The notes beneath the pieces were generated by a model. The model searched no databases. It was not told where the DNA came from and worked only from the letters and a program-made list of their open reading frames with translations. Position numbers and translations under genes: made by a program. From a virus (taxonomy: Duplodnaviria > Caudoviricetes), in IMG/VR virus record IMGVR_UViG_3300037313_001127, positions 1-41,738 of that record: a stretch of 41,738 bases of DNA; one strand, written 5' to 3'. Below are positions 36,279 through 41,738 of the stretch, one piece after another (the stretch's first letter is position 1; every line of letters starts with the position of its first letter).

Positions 36279-36622
36279 CAGAACATTCCCCAGCCGTCGA
36301 TGGTCTGCTCGGCTTCTTCGAGCGCCCTCTTGAGCACCGCTGGGTCGGGTGGCGGCGCGTCGGATGCCGTGGGTCGAACCTGCACGATACCCTTCGCCAT
36401 CAGCTGCTCGAACTGCGCGTAGGACAGGACCGTGGTGCCGTTGCGTCTCGCCGCGGCTGCCTTGCTCGTGTCGCTGCGAGACGCCACGAGATAGTCGGTG
36501 TGCGGATAAACCTTGTCGTGGACGCTGAAGCCGGCGGCGTTCGCTTGGCGCTCCCATACGTCACGAGTGATGAAGTTGCCGCTGCTGTCGTTGCCTCGGC
36601 CGGTGAAACAGATGGAGCTCAT
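36278..36622 (-). CDS. Stand-alone BRCT-domain protein with C-terminal IDGWGMF tag
   Basis: ICFTG...TDYLVAS..TSKAAAARRNGTTVLS, like the BRCT of NAD-dependent ligases. Confidence 0.75.
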   Translation of the reverse strand: MSSICFTGRGNDSSGNFITRDVWERQANAAGFSVHDKVYPHTDYLVASRSDTSKAAAARRNGTTVLSYAQFEQLMAKGIVQVRPTASDAPPPDPAVLKRALEEAEQTIDGWGMF

Positions 36623-36843
36623 ATCTCCAGCACCTCCTTGTGCCACTTGAGGGCTCGACCCTTGGGCTCGAAGTGCTGCAATGCCGCAGGAACCTCGAAC
36701 ACATGGTCGGGACGATCCAGGGGATCCAGCTCGTAGTGAGCGCGCCAGAGATCGATTGCCTCGTCGCGCGTCTCGGCGATCACGAACAGGTCGCCGTTCT
36801 CACCGTTGTAGCCGTCGCTCGATGCGACAAACAGAAGCCTCAT
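36619..36843 (-). CDS. Hypothetical protein
   Basis: GGAG SD and leader hairpin. Confidence 0.6.
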   Translation of the reverse strand: MRLLFVASSDGYNGENGDLFVIAETRDEAIDLWRAHYELDPLDRPDHVFEVPAALQHFEPKGRALKWHKEVLEI

Positions 36844-37049
36844 TGAGTTACTCCCTACGGTCACCGCGACCGTGATTCTGTGTGAAGCATCCCCTGGTGG
36901 AATGCGGGTGGGTTCGAGCGCCCATGAGAGACGCGCGTAGAGCGTCGAGAGCGCGCGCAGGTGTCACGAGACCTAGCGACCGCCCCAACGCTCTGAAACG
37001 CGCTTAAATCGCGCTTCCCATCGATGTTGTGAGCGGTGCGCACGGTCGG

Positions 37050-37397
37050 TCACCAATCGAAGCTGGGGAGTTCGTCGGTCAGGTCGGCGTCACGGTCGAG
37101 CAGAAGCCAGCTGCAACCGCTCGTGTGCGCATGGGTGAGGCAGTCGACGAGATCCTTGGGCATGTCGTCGAACGCCCCATCGGAGCGCATGTGATCGACT
37201 GCATCGCCACCGATGCAAATCAGCCAGCCATACTCGCCGTGGGGGTAGAGGATGAGGCTGTGCGTCCATTCGGGAACGTCGAGGTCAGCCAGCGCATATT
37301 CCTCGGCTCCTTGGTAGCCGACCCACCTGTCGAGTGCCTCGGCAGTCTCCTTAGCGACATGGCCGGTGGAGAGGCACATCATTGTTTCGATGCTCAT
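37050..37397 (-). CDS. DUF5983-like hypothetical protein
   Basis: CLSTGHV...YGW...LLLDRDA...LPSFDW. Confidence 0.55.
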   Translation of the reverse strand: MSIETMMCLSTGHVAKETAEALDRWVGYQGAEEYALADLDVPEWTHSLILYPHGEYGWLICIGGDAVDHMRSDGAFDDMPKDLVDCLTHAHTSGCSWLLLDRDADLTDELPSFDW

Positions 37398-37457
37398 TGG
37401 GAACTCCTGCATGCGAGAATGGGGCGCCCTCTCGGACACCCCACCCGCGGTGGAACT

Positions 37458-37904
37458 TTAGAACTGGGCGAAAGCGTCGAGCGCACCATCGCCGGCGTTG
37501 TTGTTCGCCGGCGGCTGGACGGTCGGTGTGGACTGCTGCTGCTGACCAGTGCTGGCGATGTTGATCGCCGGCTTGGCTGCGCGCTGCGCGACGATCTGCG
37601 GCACGACATTGGTGTGGAACTTGAACACGCGGCCGTCGCCCATGTGCTCGCAGTCGAGCGGATACTTCGGCCGGTTGGGCTTCACACCGATCAGCTTGTA
37701 GCGAGTGCCGCGGAACAGGAAGACCGTGCCGAAGTCCTCTTCGGCGAGCCCGTAGTAGTGACCGCACATGCGGAGGGACCGCTTGCCGGCATCCTCCTGG
37801 CCGCCGCTGTCGATCAGCGTGATCTTGCCGTCGCGAGTGGTGCGAGCGACGTTGTGTTGGGCACAGAGCGCATCGAGCGCCGTGATGAAAGCTGCATTGA
37901 ACAT
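37458..37904 (-). CDS. Hypothetical protein ending ALDAFAQF
   Basis: GAGGAG SD and leader hairpin; RPKYP motif. Confidence 0.7.
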   Translation of the reverse strand: MFNAAFITALDALCAQHNVARTTRDGKITLIDSGGQEDAGKRSLRMCGHYYGLAEEDFGTVFLFRGTRYKLIGVKPNRPKYPLDCEHMGDGRVFKFHTNVVPQIVAQRAAKPAINIASTGQQQQSTPTVQPPANNNAGDGALDAFAQF

Positions 37905-37977
37905 TTGACTTCTCCTCTAGCGGTCACCGCGACCGCATGCATGTAGTCGGACATGCACCGCAGGCATGCAAATGGGT

Positions 37978-38253
37978 TCAGTAGACGTAGCCTGGGTTCG
38001 ACTCTTCCGTGTCTGACCAGCCGTGGGTGGTGACCACGCGTCCCAGGTAATTGACCGTGTGGTAGCCTGGCACGACATAGAGAGTGCCGTCGCAGTCAAC
38101 GACCGTCCACACGCGCCTGTCCTCGATGCCGGCGGGCAGATCCTTGAAGTGCCACATCGTCGACCCGTCAGGACCGTCGATGGGGCCATAGCGCTTCGCG
38201 AAGCTGTCCCATGTGCCCGCGCGCGACCGCGGCTTTACGTCGATGATCTTCAT
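37978..38253 (-). CDS. Hypothetical protein
   Basis: RVWTVVDCDG...PGYHTVN. Confidence 0.6.
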   Translation of the reverse strand: MKIIDVKPRSRAGTWDSFAKRYGPIDGPDGSTMWHFKDLPAGIEDRRVWTVVDCDGTLYVVPGYHTVNYLGRVVTTHGWSDTEESNPGYVY

Positions 38254-38486
38254 GCCGCGAGCAACTCCGTGTGGTTGTGTCCACGACGAATGACGATGGG
38301 GCGATCGTGCCCTTGCGTCATGGTCGCCAGCAGGGGCAGGGCAGTGGCGCAGAACGCGCACTCCGCGGAGACGCGACCGATAATCCAGTGCGTCCGGTGG
38401 CAGCCTGGGCAATGATTGACCTCGCCCTCGTGATACGCGGCATGATAACCGCGCGCGGCGGGGTTGATGTGCTGGCGTTGAAGCAT
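38250..38486 (-). CDS. Small zinc-finger protein (host-like)
   Basis: RGYH..Y...NHCPGC.RTHWIIGR..AECAFCATALPL; leader hairpin. Confidence 0.65.
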   Translation of the reverse strand: MLQRQHINPAARGYHAAYHEGEVNHCPGCHRTHWIIGRVSAECAFCATALPLLATMTQGHDRPIVIRRGHNHTELLAA

Positions 38487-38554
38487 TCTAATCTCCTCTC
38501 GGTCACCGCGACCGTGTGTGTCACTTAACATGCACTGCGAGCATTTCAATAGGC

Positions 38555-38815
38555 TTATCGCAACCGACGAGGATGCCTCCGATGTGGTTGTGGGTGCGCG
38601 CATGCCATGAGGAATGCGGGCACGATCGGGATTGCCCAATAGAGGACTGTCGTCAGCTTGACGCCGGCAATCACGACCAGCGCCAGGTGGATCCCCATCA
38701 GGGCGCCGATAACCATGAGCAGGAGCATCCCAAGCTCACCAATACAAAGTCGCAACGTGGCTCCGGTTGATTCTTGAGGCTGGAGGAGGGGCGATTTTAG
38801 TAAACCTTTGTGCAA
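38555..38815 (-). CDS. Possible small membrane protein
   Basis: Hydrophobic ORF, start uncertain. Confidence 0.35.
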   Translation of the reverse strand: MHKGLLKSPLLQPQESTGATLRLCIGELGMLLLMVIGALMGIHLALVVIAGVKLTTVLYWAIPIVPAFLMACAHPQPHRRHPRRLR

Positions 38816-38905
38816 CCTACATCAACCGCCTCCTTTGAATTGTCCTGCCGTGTCAACGACTTACAGGTCATTCATGCGAGAAAGTCTCGATGGGTGCAAG
38901 TGGCT

Positions 38906-39664
38906 TCAGAACAGGGCTATTTCAGCCATGTCGTCGAGGCTCTCGCGCATGATGATCGCCTGGATCTCCGCTTCGTTCTCTGCCTCGACAACCACGCGCT
39001 CATTCTCCTCGGCGAGCACCGTCAGCGCCAGCTGATTGAGCGCCTCACTGTAGGTCTTGTAGGCGGTGTCGAGCAGCGCTCGAACATTGGGGTTGCTGCG
39101 GGGTGTCGCGCTGTCGCTGAACTTCCGCAACGACGCCTTCTTCTCCTCCAGATAGGTGCTCGCGAACGTGGGGTCGTGCAGCGCCACATCGCTGATGTTG
39201 GAGATGATGTCGGCGATCTTGACCATCATTGCCGTGGGTCCAGCTGCGACGGTATTCGCGGTCGCCGCGGACTTGCGCTTCGCTCGGTTCGTGCCAGGGC
39301 TTGGCGGTGGGCAGGTGAGCGCCTTCACATCGCGCGCAATCTGATCGCCGAAGGTCATCCGCAGCTGATCGTAGGTGACATGGGTGTCCTCGATCGTGTC
39401 GTGCAGGATTGCCACGCAGAGCGCTCGCTCGTCGGCAACCTTATGCTCGATCAGGATGTTGGCGACTTCGATAGGGTGGTCGATGTAGTCGGCGCCGTCA
39501 TACTTGCGCTTCTGCCCATGGTGAGCGGTGCGGGCGAACGCCAGAGCGTGCTTAACCTTGGGCTTCGACTCAAGCAGCGACACCGAATGCCTCTTCTTGT
39601 TCGCCGCCGCCCGCTCCTTCATTGAAGCGATCTCGCGCTCGACTTGTTCCCGCGTCATTCTCAT
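38906..39664 (-). CDS. HD-domain RelA/SpoT-type hydrolase (small alarmone hydrolase/Mesh1-like)
   Basis: AHHGQKRK...YIDHP, ILHDTIEDT, VKIADIISN. Confidence 0.85.
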   Translation of the reverse strand: MRMTREQVEREIASMKERAAANKKRHSVSLLESKPKVKHALAFARTAHHGQKRKYDGADYIDHPIEVANILIEHKVADERALCVAILHDTIEDTHVTYDQLRMTFGDQIARDVKALTCPPPSPGTNRAKRKSAATANTVAAGPTAMMVKIADIISNISDVALHDPTFASTYLEEKKASLRKFSDSATPRSNPNVRALLDTAYKTYSEALNQLALTVLAEENERVVVEAENEAEIQAIIMRESLDDMAEIALF

Positions 39665-39721
39665 GTGTGTGTTGTTGCACACATGCATGGTGGATAGCAA
39701 TGGGAAAGTGATCGAGCCCAG

Positions 39722-39967
39722 CTATGAGGACAGATGCCACCCCTGTTCGCTTTGCACAGCAACGCCGGCGCGACCCTCGGCCATGAGACCTTCCAGGTGC
39801 GGCGCCAGTTCTTCAGGTGGATTGTCGGTCAGGTCGAGCCACTTGCGGTAACCCTGGGCGCGTTTGATGTGCCCCGTTCTGACCGCGATCGCCAACGCAT
39901 CTTCGATGGTCGCGGCGATGATGCACCGCATCTTGTAAGCGCGATTCCATACGGCGAACAAGCGCAT
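39722..39967 (-). CDS. Hypothetical protein
   Basis: ORF on the block strand. Confidence 0.45.
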   Translation of the reverse strand: MRLFAVWNRAYKMRCIIAATIEDALAIAVRTGHIKRAQGYRKWLDLTDNPPEELAPHLEGLMAEGRAGVAVQSEQGWHLSS

Positions 39968-40085
39968 AACCCCAACCCCCATGGCTGGCGCTGACGTAAC
40001 GCATGGACACTTACATGCGGTATTGGTGAGCAACCTAGCGCCAGCACTCTATGTGAGCGTCTGACGCGCTGCAAGTAACTTGGCG

Positions 40086-40607
40086 TTAAGTGTTAACGCG
40101 CTCGCAAAGCGCGTCGATCTCGTCATTGGTGAGGGGGTTGCCGTGGTCACCACATGCGATCTCGTCTTCCAACTCCTGCAACGTGTCGCAGTCCTTGTTG
40201 TAGAGGCTGACCGAGCCGTCCTGCGCATGCTGCCACAGACGCAGCGCCGCCAAGATGGTGTCGCGCTCCCGCGGGGTGATTGCCGTGGTGCGTGAGCAGT
40301 TCGGTGGCTGCACGTTGCCGTGCTGGTCGAGGAAGCGACTGCGCTCGTAGTCCTCGTCCTCGGCTTCGTCGATCAGGTAGCCGGTGATTTCCTCGGCGCC
40401 CTCGGTGTAGCAGAAGCCTTCGGGCAACGTGCGCGCTTCGGGGATGGACATCGCCGCAGGTTCCTGACCCTCGTCGATCATGCCGTTGTAGGCCCGACGC
40501 TCGAACAGCATGGCGTCGGCCTTCTCGATCGCCTCGGCGTCGGTCTCCGCTTCCACGCAGAACTTCGAGCGGATGACATGGTAGATGTGGACGAAACGCT
40601 TACTCAT
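40086..40607 (-). CDS. Hypothetical protein
   Basis: MSKRFVH start; C-terminal TILAALRLWQ...EIDALCERVN module. Confidence 0.65.
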   Translation of the reverse strand: MSKRFVHIYHVIRSKFCVEAETDAEAIEKADAMLFERRAYNGMIDEGQEPAAMSIPEARTLPEGFCYTEGAEEITGYLIDEAEDEDYERSRFLDQHGNVQPPNCSRTTAITPRERDTILAALRLWQHAQDGSVSLYNKDCDTLQELEDEIACGDHGNPLTNDEIDALCERVNT

Positions 40608-41047
40608 GCGAGGACTTCCTCTTGATTGAGGACATACCAGTCCTCGCTGTTCTCGAAGTGGGCTTCGAGGAGATCCTGGAGCTCCTCGTCGGTCTTGCCG
40701 GCATGCTCGATCTCGCTGTCGTCGCAGAGGAACTCCAGCGCGCGCCGGTAGGTGCTGAACACATGCGTCGATGTGCCGCCGCTGTCGCTGTCGATCACGA
40801 GGACGAACACATCGGGGAAGGGGATGGACATCTCCTCCGTGGAGACATCCTCGAACTCCTCGATCGCCTCGACAACCTCGTCGAGCGAAGCGTCGGCGAT
40901 CTCGTCCATCGGTCCCTCGGCGTGAACCTCGTTGAAGTATTGGATGAGTGCCTGGCGCCGCTGCTCGTCGTCGGCATACCAGTCGAACCTGGGACCGGCG
41001 CTGGTGCGGATATGTTCGAGGGTGAGTTCGATGTTCGCGCGGGCCAT
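40604..41047 (-). CDS. Highly acidic hypothetical protein
   Basis: TGATG coupling, GGAGG SD. Confidence 0.65.
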   Translation of the reverse strand: MARANIELTLEHIRTSAGPRFDWYADDEQRRQALIQYFNEVHAEGPMDEIADASLDEVVEAIEEFEDVSTEEMSIPFPDVFVLVIDSDSGGTSTHVFSTYRRALEFLCDDSEIEHAGKTDEELQDLLEAHFENSEDWYVLNQEEVLA

Positions 41048-41454
41048 CAGCGTGCCTCCATGCGGTAGCTGTCGCCGCCCCAGTGAATGATGATGTTCTT
41101 GGCGCCGTTCGCGACCGCTCGCTGGAAGAAGTCGAGGGGCAGCGGCTCGCCGAAGTCGTCGCCACTGACACGGTGCGCGTCGTCCCACACTTCCATGCGG
41201 TCGCGCTTCGTGGGGTCGTAGCCGTTGGCATACTGGACCAGGAGACGCGTGGCGCCACCGGCCGCGGCCATAGCTTCTTCGTCCTGCTGCGCGGGGTTGC
41301 CCGCGGACATCAGGTAGATGCCCTCGTCCTTCACGAGCAGAAGGGATGGGCCGATCTTGGTGCCGTAATACTCGCGCATCTCCGGCGACTTGACGGCGTG
41401 ATCGATGATCGAGTGCAGCCGCTCATCCAGGCGAAAGGTGAGTGCGTGAGCCAT
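41047..41454 (-). CDS. DUF3085-like protein
   Basis: LLLVKDEGIYLMS...YANGYDP...GDDFGE. Confidence 0.7.
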   Translation of the reverse strand: MAHALTFRLDERLHSIIDHAVKSPEMREYYGTKIGPSLLLVKDEGIYLMSAGNPAQQDEEAMAAAGGATRLLVQYANGYDPTKRDRMEVWDDAHRVSGDDFGEPLPLDFFQRAVANGAKNIIIHWGGDSYRMEAR

Positions 41455-41711
41455 TATGCGTCCTCCGCTTCGTCGACGAGTTCCATCAGCTTGCGCGCCT
41501 CGATCGCCTGGCGATCGAACTGCTCGGCCATGCCGTCGCAAGCGGATGAATGGATGAACGAGAAGCGGTCGGGGTTGTCCGCTTCCGCCTTCTCCAGCTG
41601 GGGTTTGATGGCGCGGAAGTATTGGGCGTTCGCCTCATACTTCTCGGCGGCGACCAGCAGCGCATTCGATAGCGACGACTGTTGACCGTCCGTCAGGATT
41701 AGCTTGACCAT
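41454..41711 (-). CDS. Hypothetical protein
   Basis: GAGGAG SD and leader hairpin at the window edge. Confidence 0.6.
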   Translation of the reverse strand: MVKLILTDGQQSSLSNALLVAAEKYEANAQYFRAIKPQLEKAEADNPDRFSFIHSSACDGMAEQFDRQAIEARKLMELVDEAEDA

Positions 41712-41738
41712 TTGAATCTCCTCTCGCAGCACCGCGCT

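Larger units (their letters stand above)
373..39687. promoter_or_regulatory. Dispersed 24-bp operator-like motif YGCRTG-N12-CAYGCR (~27 copies)
   Basis: Starts at 373, 1357, 3088, 3407, 5308, 6806, 8131, 9011, 11035, 14263, 14310, 14400, 16336, 17628, 19321, 21004, 22292, 22332, 29606, 30322, 31961, 32285, 34214, 35388, 37934, 38511, 39664 (some with one degenerate half). Confidence 0.8.
29590..41738 (-). promoter_or_regulatory. Dispersed 5'-leader hairpin with GCGG(U) loop (11 copies)
   Basis: At 29590, 30305, 30620, 31165, 34186, 34633, 36021, 36857, 37920, 38500, 41728; each immediately upstream of an SD. Confidence 0.8.

Overview
A 41.7 kb piece of a GC-rich temperate tailed-phage (or phage-plasmid) genome. 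The host is probably an alphaproteobacterium, possibly Sphingomonadaceae (inference). Layout: (1) A leftward head and packaging block (1-9 kb): partial major capsid, scaffold, portal, TerL, TerS, then HTH, GNAT, ABC-ATPase and two ParB-like genes; from memory this order resembles SSU5/pHCM2-type phage-plasmids. (2) A rightward block (9-28.7 kb): SF2 helicase, dNMP kinase, spanin pair, xis/tyrosine integrase with an intact attP, tRNA-Lys(UUU), RtcB, DNA ligase, an Rnl2-like RNA ligase, dCMP deaminase, an HhH glycosylase and many small ORFs. (3) A leftward block of small, early-type genes (28.9-41.7 kb). Main unexplained signals, all read by eye: a ~780 bp gene plus promoter almost free of GGA/GGC/GGG on both strands, flanked by CCTGTGGAWGGG and CCATGG repeat clusters; a shared C-terminal peptide tag (LE-x-h-[PDE]-G-[FWY]-G-x-F) on up to nine unrelated proteins; 11 covarying GCGG-loop hairpins just upstream of ribosome-binding sites; ~27 copies of a 24-bp YGCRTG-N12-CAYGCR operator-like motif; six GANTC sites in 42 bp upstream of terS; and an attP core matching the tRNA-Lys anticodon loop next to a complete phage tRNA-Lys. 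All family assignments come from motif recognition, not database searches.
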